Shown: piece by piece, positions 40,001 to 51,207 of the stretch
Position numbering within the stretch: position 1 is the stretch's first letter
Layout of the letters: each line of letters begins with the position of its first letter
DNA from: Perna viridis
Lineage: Eukaryota
DNA length: 64,000 nt
Direction: 5' to 3'
Assembly (NCBI GenBank): GCA_037379345.1
Contig: CM074511.1
Span: forward strand, 39,562,862 to 39,626,861
Program-made: the position numbers and the translations under genes
Notes under the pieces: model-generated
Seen by the model: the letters and a program-made list of their open reading frames with translations, nothing else
The model's database searches: none
What the model was told of the DNA's origin: nothing

Positions 40001-41251
40001 TTTGAAAACTGAAATCTTCCCGGTAGTGTAAAATAGTGGGGACCGTAATATTTAAGTGAGACAAAAGCCATCTGATTCACTGCATGGTTTAGTAACTACT
40101 GATAACCAATACGTCATTATGTTACATACACTTCACACATGCACTCAGTGATTAAGATAAAGGTAAAGTTGGAGTCAGACAGAACGACCTAAATTGCGAA
40201 CCTTTAGCAAAATAAATCAAATTTATTAACTTGCTACACTACAGGTGGGCACTTTAACACTGGCCTTTTAAGAGAATCATTAATCCACAATTTTTCATAC
40301 GTGAGCTGTATCCTTATAGACATGTGTCTTCACCTATTTTAGTTCGCACTAAATATAAATACATGTACTATCTCTTCAGTGAATCATTGCAGAAAGTGAT
40401 AAATTTTCATTTTTCTTCGTTACTTTGGTACTGATTTTTCCTTTGATTGAAAGTTATTACATACAGCTGCAGACATTTCATGTAGTTTAGGTCAAGAATT
40501 GTTTATCTACATGTATCAAAAAAATATTTCTTTGTATTTGAGTCCAATACACTGTCTTATTTTTATTGTGCTAGAGCTCTGTAAAGAAATGACAGCTTGC
40601 AGATAGGCATTTCACCCCATTCAGATATTTCATTCTGAATCAAAGCCAACCAGTTATCACTCTACAAAATATACCTCATGTGTGACACACACACATGGAA
40701 GAGAAAGAGTAATTTTCAGTTTTAGTCACTAGTGTGACTCATCCTACACTGAAAGTGAGCATCAGGCCTTCTTTAATTTGAAGATAAATTGTATTACAAA
40801 TTTAAAGTTAGTGTTCTCCCTCCATCAAAAGATTGTTGAGGAGGTAGTTCTGAGAACTTACAAGACTATGGAATAAGCTAGTATAGACTTACAGTATTGT
40901 CTAAATGTCTTGTATATTTAGTGATGTGCAAAGGGTTTATTTTTTTTTTATTTTAATTTGACATTAAAGCTAAAATCTTGGATATGTTATTGGGAACTTC
41001 AAGCAAATAATGCTGCATGTATCATTCAATAATTATAGTTGAGTCGAGAGGGCACATTCAAACAGAGAAATAAGTTCAGTGAGTGTCTATTTCAACATGA
41101 CAGGGCTGTATATCTATCGTTATTTTGTCTCTTTGTTTTAAATGATTGATTTCTTTTTGGTACCTTTGTGTAAATGGCCAGAAGGGTTTCTACTATGGAC
41201 CCTCTTTACATAGTCATCATCAATAACTCGAATACTATCGGCGGCAGCCAT
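34065..41251 (-). CDS. STPG1: Sperm-tail PG-rich repeat protein STPG1/MAPO2-like (SHIPPO repeats), 343 aa
   Basis: Nine in-phase GT-AG exons: 41251-41164, 39692-39571, 38704-38606, 37966-37787, 37256-37142, 36640-36537, 36367-36303, 35916-35726, 34132-34065 (1032 nt). Multiple PGPGxY repeats, SFSKKGTG, KHYLCISAP, YMSSSAFVSTTSRW and C-terminal GKQSFIYNAAGKWI match STPG1. Confidence 0.88.
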
Positions 41252-41874
41252 GTTTAAACAATAATAAACAATGTTGCAACAAATAGGAAACAATTCCGCC
41301 AAGTAAAAATATAGTTATTAAACAAAAAAGATGACACTGAACGCAACAACGACATAATTTTTAAAGTTTTAAACAATTCTTTATATGTAAAGCGTTTTCG
41401 GTGACCAAATTATATCCATTAAGAGATCAAATTATATAAAAAAGGAAATTCAGCGTAGTGATCTATATTTCATGTTGCTAGGGGCTGACAAATATATAAT
41501 GGGGAAAATATTGCAATTTTTAAATTTAGAAACATAAAAACAAAATTTAGATCTGCGAAACAAAAATAAAAAAACATCCATTGATATCATTACATAAACA
41601 ATTATTGCCTACTACAAATTGAGTTAATTTAAAATTATGTAATGAAAAAATTCCAGTTACGTAAATGTAAGATTTCGGGCCACACCCCTCAAATGAAATG
41701 GAACGATCTGCTTCATTTTCATTGGGTAAAATATTTCACCGCCAGTTTATGAACAATTTTCGCGGAAAACTTCATTATTGTTTGGCTGTGTGGGACTGGG
41801 ACGAAGGACAAAGGACATTTAACGAAATTTTTATACAGTTTTATCTACATTTAAATTCATTACTAATTGCTAGT
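41252..41874. promoter_or_regulatory. Bidirectional promoter region STPG1 / RRM2
   Basis: Divergent ATGs 623 bp apart. Overlapping inverted E2F-type TTTTCGCGGAAAA at 41757-41769, inverted CCAAT at 41721-41725, RFX X-box-like GTTGCTAGGGG at 41474-41484. Confidence 0.6.
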
Positions 41875-44800
41875 ATGTTGTCCGTTCAGTCACCAAGAAA
41901 ATTACAGGAGAAGATGAAACAAGTGAAGATAAACGACGAAAACGAGGTAAGCTTCAGCAGACGTTTTTGATAATTCTCAACATTTTCTGCCCAAGAAAAG
42001 CGGTTGATGAAAAACGCAATGCAATTATTTACTTTATATTTTTAAACTGAAAGATTATGCACACGATTTTGCGTTGTGCAGTGTACATTAGGGTGAAATG
42101 GTATTAACAGGCGGGATTTCGTGCTTACGAAATCCCGCCTGTTTTTCGTAGATGTCCAGGGTATTAATTTTCGGAATAGGTATAGGTGTTGTATTGTAGC
42201 ATAGTAGAATTTAAATGGTAATAGATCAAAAATTAGTATTAAAACGATTTAAAGATAGTGTTTCATATTAACTGCACCAGTGCAAGGTCTTTTGCCATGG
42301 TGTGATGATAATCGGTCTACCTCACCATTACACTCGAAATTGAGTGAGCTTATATATTATAATTGGTTTCATACTTACATTCTAAACATTTCAGGTACCA
42401 GCAAACAGCCATTCAAATAGAAAACCAAAAGTATTGGGAGACAGCCAAAAGCAGGTACAAGTAACAATTGCTTTGTTTGAACTGCTACTCCTTCGTGTTA
42501 TTTGGTGCATACATGACTATATAAATTTGCTCCATATTAATTGTGTTATACAAACTCTTATATTTGTTGTATCAGAAAAGATACTTTGAACTGTCTATAC
42601 TTTTGCTTTTTTTTTGATTTTGGGAAAGTTTTGTACTTGAAGTAAATTTGAATTGTATGTACAGTATATACTGTAGTTAAAATGAAGAAGCTAAGGTAAT
42701 CAGGACATGAAGCACACTTTAATTTAATTGTTGCTGCCTGTGTTTTAATGCATTACAAAGAACTTAACTCCATTATCATCACATTGTTATAAAATTTTCC
42801 GTTTTTATTCCAGAACATTCTTAACAGTCAACAAAATGAGGTGAGCATCTTTTTTTTTAGAATTACTTTCTAATAACAGTCAACTAAAACTGATTCTTTT
42901 CTAATTTTAACAAACTAAGTCAAATTGCTAAAATTACTTTCGTTGAGAAACAATGTGATCACAAGGAAATTGTATGCATTATTTATGGTCAGTTACTAAT
43001 GACCTCATTTTTCTACAGATTGTCAAACCAATGAAGCCTAATATTCTGAAGAAACGTGAGGAAGAAGAGCCATTGTTGAAGGATAACCCAAGACGATTTG
43101 TTGTCTTCCCCATTGAGTATCATGATATTTGGCAAATGTACAAGAAGGCAGAGGCTTCTTTCTGGACTGCTGAAGAGGTTGATCTGTCGAAAGATTTAGT
43201 GCATTGGGAAGCCCTTAAAGATGAAGAGAGACATTTCATTTCACATGTGCTAGCATTCTTTGCAGCCAGTGATGGCATTGTAAATGAAAATCTGGTATGT
43301 TGATTTAAAATGTTCACATTTGGAATGGTATTACACACCTGTTCAGTGATTATTACTGGTAAATTACAGTGTACTGTAATTTTGTTTCACATTGCTATGT
43401 TATACATTTGTAGATTCACAAAGTGATTCTGAAGTAAATAATATGATAATTGGATTACTCGGATAAATTATTATATTCAAATAAAACTGGAATGATCAAA
43501 TTCAACTCTTTTTCAGGTTGAAAGATTCAGTAAGGAAGTTCAAGCTACAGAAGCCAGGTGTTTCTATGGTTTCCAAATTGCAATGGAGAACATTCATTCT
43601 GAAATGTACAGTTTACTCATCGACACATACATTAAAGATCCAAAGGAAAGGTAAGAAAAGACAACTGAACTTCTAATGAAATTTTTAGTGTTTACAAGTT
43701 TTTGCAAGCTATTATGGTGATGATTTCATACATAATTTGTTAATAATTGTATCAGCCTATTTAATTTTTAAAACCATAAATTTGAATAACTTGACTTGAG
43801 AATCGTAGTAAATGCATCACGATTCTCTTGAATAAAAGGTACATGCAGTGAAGTGGTCTTTGCACCATAACCTACATTTTTGTAACGTTCTGTTTTATTC
43901 TCCATATCTGCAGATTAAACAATGCCCATTTTTGTAAAGCATTCATTCAACAAGTTGTGACCACTGTCCAAAAATTAATTGCTAAAACTTGTTGTTTGCA
44001 GAGATTACCTGTTTAATGCCATTGAAACTATGCCATGTGTAAAGAAGAAGGCTGACTGGGCAATCAAATGGATCAATGAACAGAGTGCATCATATGCTGA
44101 AAGGGTGGTTGCTTTTGCTGCCGTGGAAGGCATCTTTTTCTCAGGTAGCTTTGCTGCCATCTTTTGGTTAAAGAAAAGAGGAATTATGCCAGGACTGACA
44201 TTCAGCAATGAACTTATCAGCAGAGATGAGGTATGTGGCTGTTAGAACCAGACCTTATATCTAAATTTAATTTTCTTCTGCTTAAGACTGTATTATACTG
44301 TTACTTTACCTTTTAAAACCCTGCTACACGTGGAAAGGTATTATGTGATAGCCTCTGAAAAGTTGCATGTCAGTCCGTTCTAAGTGGATTCCAGCTGATT
44401 ACAAGATATTGAAGGATCTGTTCAAATTTCATGTAAATCAAGTTAAATTCCAGTACGATTGGACTATTTACACTAAAGTTTCGGTTATTTTAAGGTGTTT
44501 TTACCCCACCCACTCCAAAAAAAACCAATTGTAACATTGCAGAGTGTTATTTAAATTATATTTAATCTCTCTATTTGAAATGATTAATTTACTTCTAAAT
44601 TTGTGCTTCATTATCTTCTCTTAAAATGAGGACTGGTTGTGAAAAAGAAAATGCTTGTTGAATTATTTTGTCTCGCATAAATACCTGTGTATCACCTTCT
44701 TTGTGTAATGCTGTAAGATAATGACTCTTCCATATTTCAAATACTTATTTTAATATTCAGGGTCTTCACTGTGATTTTGCTTGTCTGATGTACAACCACT

Positions 44801-47212
44801 TAATCAACAAGCCAACACAGGAGAGAGTGTATGAAATCATCAAAGATGCCGTCCAAATAGAACAGGAATTTTTGACAGAAGCGTTACCATGCAATTTAAT
44901 AGGAATGAACTGTACTCTGATGAAACAATACATTGAATTTGTAGCTGATAGACTTCTTGTTGAATTGCACTGTGAAAAGGTAAAAATGTGATTTTTTTTT
45001 TTTGGTTTCTGGTGGTTAGTTACTATCTACAATGTATGTTTAACTTCTCTAATAGTTAATACAATGAAATAAAAAATTTTTCTGCAAAAATATGAAGTGC
45101 ACAGTAATTCAGGGATTGATTTTCCCATTTTTTACCACTTGCTAAAAAAAAAAGCAAATGCTAATTTTTTCTACTTGCTAAAATAAATTGTCATTTGCAA
45201 AATTTTTTAATATGTAGTAATATTAAACAAATACAAAATACAACGACTTGAACAAGCAACTATTGGTAAGGGCCATAAGGGACAGTATTTGGCCTCTTTG
45301 ATTTCTGTCCATTATACCATCAGTGTGTAACAAATGGCCATGACTCTAAACTGTCCAGTGCCTTCCCACTCGTGTCAATTCTCATTAAATGATTTGAAAT
45401 TTCTTCCCCCCCCTTCCCCCATTTCCTAACGGTCCTTAAAGAAGCAGTAACAGCTTGATTAATAACAATGTTATTATCGGGGTGGCTTGTGGTGCCACTA
45501 TCTGCATGATCTAATCCTACTTCTGAGAGTTTCTGTTAGTTATTAAAAAAGGCTGTAATTTATCGACTTATGCTCAGACCCATCGAAACCTGCCGGACCG
45601 TCGGACCTGTCCGGTAAAATTGTCCCGGGTCTGGTAAATACACGTTGCTTGTCGGCCCGGGTGTCCGATGTTTTTTTCTTACGTTAAAAAAGATTTTCTC
45701 AAAACTGAAGTGGTTTTTGTGAATAATAAAACAAGAACGTTTTAATAATTACGTGAATTAGTCTACAGTCTAGCGAGATAGTCAATCAATTTGATTGTAA
45801 ACAATAATATGTAACTTCCGGTTCATTCGCTACACGTCATTTCGTCCTTTGATATATCGTCCCTTCTGTTGTCTCGCTACTCGTTTACATGTGAAACATG
45901 CGGTCATTATATTGTCAAAATAATAATGAAAAAAATAATAAAGTATATTTCTTTTACATCGAAATTGATAAAGATTAATAATTGAACATCTGATAAAACA
46001 AATTTTCATTTGAAATTTTGTTGGGTCGAACTTATTTATGGGTCGAATTTCAATTAGACAGGAAGACTGATTTCCGATTTTTTTGATAATGTACAAGTTA
46101 ACTCAACACTTAACATTGTGGAGAGCCTTTGTGACAAAGACAATGATGATGATTATGAAGACAGTGAATGTTTTGACTATCAAGATGAAATGTTGAATTT
46201 TGAAATGATTATGTTTTGTGCCAGAGATTGAGAATAGATTTTATAATTTAATAACAATACTTTATTTCAAATTTAAAAAATCAACAATATATAATACAAA
46301 GAACTCAAAACAAAGTACACATGTTTCGTTTATGAAGACTCATCAGATACACTCTAGCCAAAATGAATAATGGTGACAAATTAACAAATTCAAGAGCCCA
46401 TACCCAGTAGTTTTAAAATCAGCTTGATAATAAAATGTACTTGGAGATTCCCACCCCCCATCAAAAATGTTAGCGCGTCGATAAATTGTTCAGAGTTTTT
46501 TCGGTCAGACAAATTGTCGTTTGGTCAGACAAGTCATCACCTTGTGTCTGACCGAATGTCGGATGTGCTTAAAAATTTCGATGGGTCTGTATGCTGTAAT
46601 TTATCGACTTATTGACTTTTCAAGGCCGTTTAATTCTCTTGTTTATTAGCCCGGTTAATAGAACACTTTAAGGCAGGATAAATAACCGTCGTATCAAGTG
46701 TTCTAATGATCCAGTTCCTTGAAAGTGAAACTTGGCAATAAAAAAAACACTCGCTAAAATTTGCTGGCATGATGTAGCATCAACTCGCTAAATTGAAATT
46801 CTACTCGCACTTGGCGAGTATTTCCAGTAAAATTTGATCCCTGTAATTTACATCAAAGTGTCATCAAACTTTATGAAAAAAAGGACATTATTGATGTAGG
46901 CTATTTTTGTATTTAGGGTATACCCTGGTACATTTGTTGCATTTCACCATATCTGTTCTTTTTTCGATTACTTGTTTAAAAAACTACATTTTACAACACC
47001 AGCATGATCAATGGGAAGCTATTCAATTGTAATTATGTTTTTTTCTTCTTCAGGTTTACAATGTAGAAAATCCCTTTGACTTCATGGAACAGATCTCATT
47101 GGAAGGAAAAACGAACTTTTTTGAAAAAAGAGTAGGGGAATACCAGAAGATGGGTGTTATGTCTGGAGGAAGTGAAAATAGTCATGCATTTACATTGGAT
47201 GCTGATTTTTAA
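41875..47212 (+). CDS. RRM2: Ribonucleoside-diphosphate reductase small subunit (R2), 391 aa
   Basis: Eight in-phase exons: 41875-41946, 42395-42454, 42814-42840, 43019-43294, 43517-43650, 44002-44230, 44761-44979, 47054-47212 (1176 nt). Motifs [45 protein letters not shown] (radical Tyr), [21 protein letters not shown] and C-terminal FTLDADF. Confidence 0.97.
45575..46589. mobile_element. Non-autonomous hAT-like DNA transposon (inner), perfect 14-bp TIR CAGACCCATCGAAA, 6-bp TSD TATGCT
   Basis: TIRs at 45575-45588 and 46576-46589, TATGCT at 45569-45574 and 46590-46595, subterminal TCGGAC/GTCCG repeats. Confidence 0.85.
46311..46360 (-). ncRNA. Degenerate minimal hammerhead-ribozyme motif
   Basis: Minus strand: AGAGTGTAT-CTGATGA-GTCT-TCAT-AAAC-GAAAC-ATGT-GTA. 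Core boxes CUGAUGA, GAAA and NUH (GUA) are present with a palindromic stem III. Stem II has 1 mismatch and stem I pairs poorly. Confidence 0.45.
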
Positions 47213-48603
47213 TTGCTTTCAAGTGATCTCAGTTTGTTTATTAACTGTTGGAGGTTTATTCTTACTATATTTTTGGTTATAGCTGATTTTATCACAAGTT
47301 TGTTATTAATATCCTGTTGCAAATTTATGATAAGTCGTCAATTTTTTTACATCCAGTTTTATTTTTTATTACATTTCTTTTATCAATTGAGTTAGTATGA
47401 GATATTTTCATTGAACAATTTCGTGCCACTTTTAAGTTTTTACCTAAGAATTTTAATTATTCTTTGTTTTCGTGCATTTGATTTTAAACATGATTTTCTA
47501 GAACTTCTGGAATTTGCCTCTCAGTTTAATATGTGCAATTTTATAGTGCATCACATCATTTGTGTGTAAGATAGCTGTATGGATGTAGTGTTAAATGAAT
47601 GTGTGCTGTTGTGTCTTAAATGTGTCTCTTATACATAGTGTTTTATTTAAGTATTTTGTAATAAAAATATATGAATGACTTAATCTGTCTTTATCTTCAA
47701 TTCTTATTACCAGGTGATTGAAACTGAACATATTTCTTGTAAAATTCTCGTTCTTACCAGGTATTAAATTCATCAAACAAGGTAACAGCTAAAACTGAAG
47801 TATGCAAAGTTAATTTCTGTTTAAAGTGATACTGAAAAATTCTCTGAGTAAAAACTGATATGGTGAAACAAAATGCTGATCCAGGGGTGTAACAAATGAT
47901 AAAAATGTGGGCTGCAAGTGGTCTGTTTTCAGTTTTGGGTCCCCTTGGGGCAAAGGTTTCCATATGATATCAAGCATTCAGAAACTTCATAATATGGTGG
48001 TCATTAGTTGGATACAAATACAAATGTGTGTTTTAATGTTATTTTAGACTTGTCAAAAATTTTGAATAAACATGAGCATTAACAACTTGTACCCCAACTT
48101 ACAAATGGGGGGGGGTCATGAAGTGATGGTTTTAGTTGGGGGCTCTGTACCCTTACCAATATGGATGGTATAGTGTTCATCAAATAATCACAACTTGTAA
48201 TGTTCATACATTACTTTCTGTCAATTTAGTGATGAAGTGCTCAGCAGGTTGAACTCTGTTCACTTTGGCCTTCAATTGGCCCTATATTTCTTTTAAGGTC
48301 CTTTTTTTGCAATGCCCTATAATCACCTTATTTTAGTTTAAAATGGCCTTTTCCCTATGAATTGAAGTTCATTGGTTGAAATTTTTTAAAGTTATTCTCA
48401 AAAACAATTTGGTACCAGGACAGCTTGGTCAGTTTGCAGATCTGTGGTTTTTGAAGATTTCAAGATTTTCCAAAGCTGCCTTTGGTTCCCAGTCGTGTAG
48501 TACAGTCACAAGATCTGATTTAAGTATGCATGATTGATTTGATGTTATTGGCTGAGAGTTTTCATTATAATGCTATGAATAGGTATGTGTATCTACAGTA
48601 TAA

Positions 48604-49090
48604 AAGAGTAATCAAGGGAACCAAGATTCTAGTGGAAATCAAAGAATGTAATTCAGGGACAAAGTCAAAACAAACACAAAGAATAAAGTAACTAAAGTAA
48701 TACAAACTAACAAAAGTAAATGAGCAACTCAGACCACTAAAAATGGAGCATGGATCAGGTGCAATGGAAGGGTAAGCGTCCTCTGCTGAGTTGCTAAAAA
48801 AAGTCGAGTCCTGAAGAGGAAAGGAAAACTGACATGTTGAACAAATCAGTTTTCATGGTGCAGTATGATACATCGTAACAATCCATGAGTTCATGATGAA
48901 GACCATAAATCTTCTGTCAATCTTGCAACAACATAACCCTGTTCCAGAAGCCTAATTACGATGCAAAAAGTCTGCATAGTTACAGGCAAGCTCTGGCATA
49001 AGGTATGAATTGTGACATGAAAACTCCATATGCAGGTGCAAAAGGGATGTTGCCACAGTTGAAAGGAAAGTTCTCAATGAAAAGTCATCA
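48604..49090 (-). mobile_element. Penelope-like (Naiad-type) 5'-truncated copy
   Basis: Minus-strand remnants NFPF..GNIPFAPAYGV..SQFIPYARAC..LEQGYVVARL, followed by the same 3' tail as the other copies. Confidence 0.7.
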
Positions 49091-49279
49091 CGTTTGTCAA
49101 AGTTTGTTCAACAGTTTACGACAAATAAAATTCAGGAAAAATTTAGAAGATTTGCCCTTAAAACCCAATTGTTCTTGAAATTAAGCCCAATAAAAGCCCT
49201 ATTTTTAACCAAAACCCACTTGAAGGACTGCTTGGGGCTTGTCTGGACCCAATACTAGTTTATTGGGACTTGCAGTTCA

Positions 49280-50070
49280 TTTTGGACACAATAAACCACA
49301 AAATTTGAAATTCTAAAACTCCAAAACTGATAATTGACATGGTTAGATAAGCACAATTCAATTTTGTTCAAGCAGCCATATTTTTTCTTGGATAAAAATT
49401 TGTTACGCTCAAGCCCAAGGAACAATCATGTCAATGTCCAGTAGTGTCAAAGGAGAAGTTGTGAAGGAAATAACAATTAAAATAGCGAAATAAAGGGCAA
49501 CAAATCCAACAGATTTACTAAAAAATTTGACCAAAGACAGATCTCATTATGCTGAGCACTTTTACCTAGAACAGAACTTTGCTATTAAAACCTAACATTT
49601 TGAAGATATATGTCAAAAACTTCAGTAAAGTGAAAGAAATTAGCAGTAGACCTATGGACTGAGTCTATGTAAAATCAAGCCGGTCTATGATGAAATTGGC
49701 TAAATTTCCTTTGAAATCTACAATGCAGTCTACATAAAATTATGTTGGTCTTTGTTGACAAAGTTTCTAACACTGCTTCAGTCTGACCTCTATATTTCTA
49801 TTTTTAATAACAGTGGCCATATTTTTTGACAGGTCAAAAATCCCAGCATTATTTTGATGCAGAATATCTAAAGGAACATTCAAAGCAAGTTTAGTTCTAT
49901 TAGGTCAAATAGTGTCAGAGGAGAAGATTTTTGAAAGAAAAACATTAAAAAGCGAAAAAATGTCGAAAAAGGCAATGACTCCAACATGGCTTAAGACATT
50001 AAACTAAAATTTGACCACAAATAGATCTTATCATAATGAACACTTTTACCCAATGTCAGAATTTGGGTGG
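49280..50070 (+). repeat. Interspersed repeat with two diverged ~450-bp internal units (Helentron/HINE-like)
   Basis: GCCATATTTTTT...GTGTCA.AGGAGAAG...AAATTTGACCA..AGATCT..CACTTTTACC occurs at ~49375-49567 and ~49816-50050. Confidence 0.5.
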
Positions 50071-50769
50071 GTGTACCTTGGCCTAAAACCCCAACTAAAG
50101 ACTGGAAAGAAGTAACAAATATATTTTTCATGTTTTATTTGCTCACAAGCATAGTATGGCATAAACTTAATATTATAAGCATTTGAGTAACTCACAACAA
50201 ATAAATAATCTAAGTATCAGCATTTAAAAAAACCAGGCACAACTGAAATATGATGAAACAAATTTAAAAGTAAGACATTTTCCACTCAAATATTTCATTA
50301 GAACAACTCAGCCTTTCTAGTTTGAACAAAAAAAAATAATCTTATAATCACAAGGCAGGCCAATGTAACATTTCTTTGAGGGGTTGGAACGCTGTAATTC
50401 ATAAGGGGCACACCCAGGAGAATTAATTTCATATTTGCCATGCATCCAATTGTGTAAAATATCAGAAATACCACCAACCAAGGTTAAAATATTTCAACCC
50501 CCCACCCCTGGTTCTGCAAGTGCAAAAGGAAAAACAGAAAAAGTTGAAATACAGGTATGAAGATAAAAAAAAATAACAATAAATTTACCAGGTTAGCTGC
50601 CCATCTTTGTTTATTCCTTACACAATACAAAACTAGACAAAGGGATGCCACAACACTCAATTTAACACACTACCGCATAATGTTTGGTTGTCAAAATTCA
50701 TTTACGAGAAGATTGTGGTGTCTGAGAGACACATTTGATGCCTCTGCATGAATTTTCTGACATATATAA

Positions 50770-51207
50770 AAGTCAATTTATACTTTTTAGGAAGGTGACA
50801 AATTTGTGATTAGACCAACTATTCATGCAGATGTCAAATATAGAAAGAAATCAAAACCATAATAATATACACATCTTCAATTCATATATAGTGGTAATCA
50901 TTCTGAAAAGTTTCAACTTCCTAACCTAAATACTGTAGGAGGAGTTATCTGGAATAGACACGTACCCTATTAGCTCAAAATGGTGACAAAATGACTAAGT
51001 CCAACTATCCATGAAAATGTCAAATATTGATAGAAATGAAAACCCTGATACTACGCACATCTTCAATCCATATACGATAATTCTGCAAAGTATCAACTTC
51101 ATACCCTAAATAAAGTAGAAGGAGTCAAGCGGAATATCTATAATATACCTTGAACATGACGAACGGATGGACAGGGGTCAAACTGAACGTTGCAGGGCAT
51201 ATAAAAC
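50770..51207 (+). mobile_element. Pearl/HINE-like element with two ~185-bp tandem core repeats
   Basis: GGTGACAAA...CCAACTAT.CATG...CACATCTTCAAT...TCAACTTC...GTAG.AGGAGT starts at ~50794 and again at ~50982, followed by a GACGAACGGATGGACAG tract and an A-rich end. Confidence 0.55.

Larger units (their letters stand above)
45110..46843. mobile_element. Non-autonomous DNA transposon (outer), CAGGGAT...ATCCCTG termini, 5-bp TSD TAATT
   Basis: TAATT at 45105-45109 and 46844-46848, subterminal CT(T/C)GCTAAA repeats, and hairpin TACTCGC-ACTTG-GCGAGTA at 46802-46820. Lies in RRM2 intron 7. Confidence 0.65.

Noticed and set aside
42106-42147. Hairpin plus T-run as a rho-independent terminator
   Set aside because: It lies in a spliceosomal intron of a eukaryotic gene; kept only as a palindrome finding.
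43797-43876. Hairpin-ANANNA-hairpin-ACA pattern in RRM2 intron 5 resembling an H/ACA snoRNA
   Set aside because: Both hairpins are too short (~30 and ~37 nt) and the first lacks a pseudouridylation pocket.
43120-44208. Antisense ORFs over RRM2 exons (likewise those over ACOD1 and the neurensin-like gene)
   Set aside because: Shadow frames of real coding exons.
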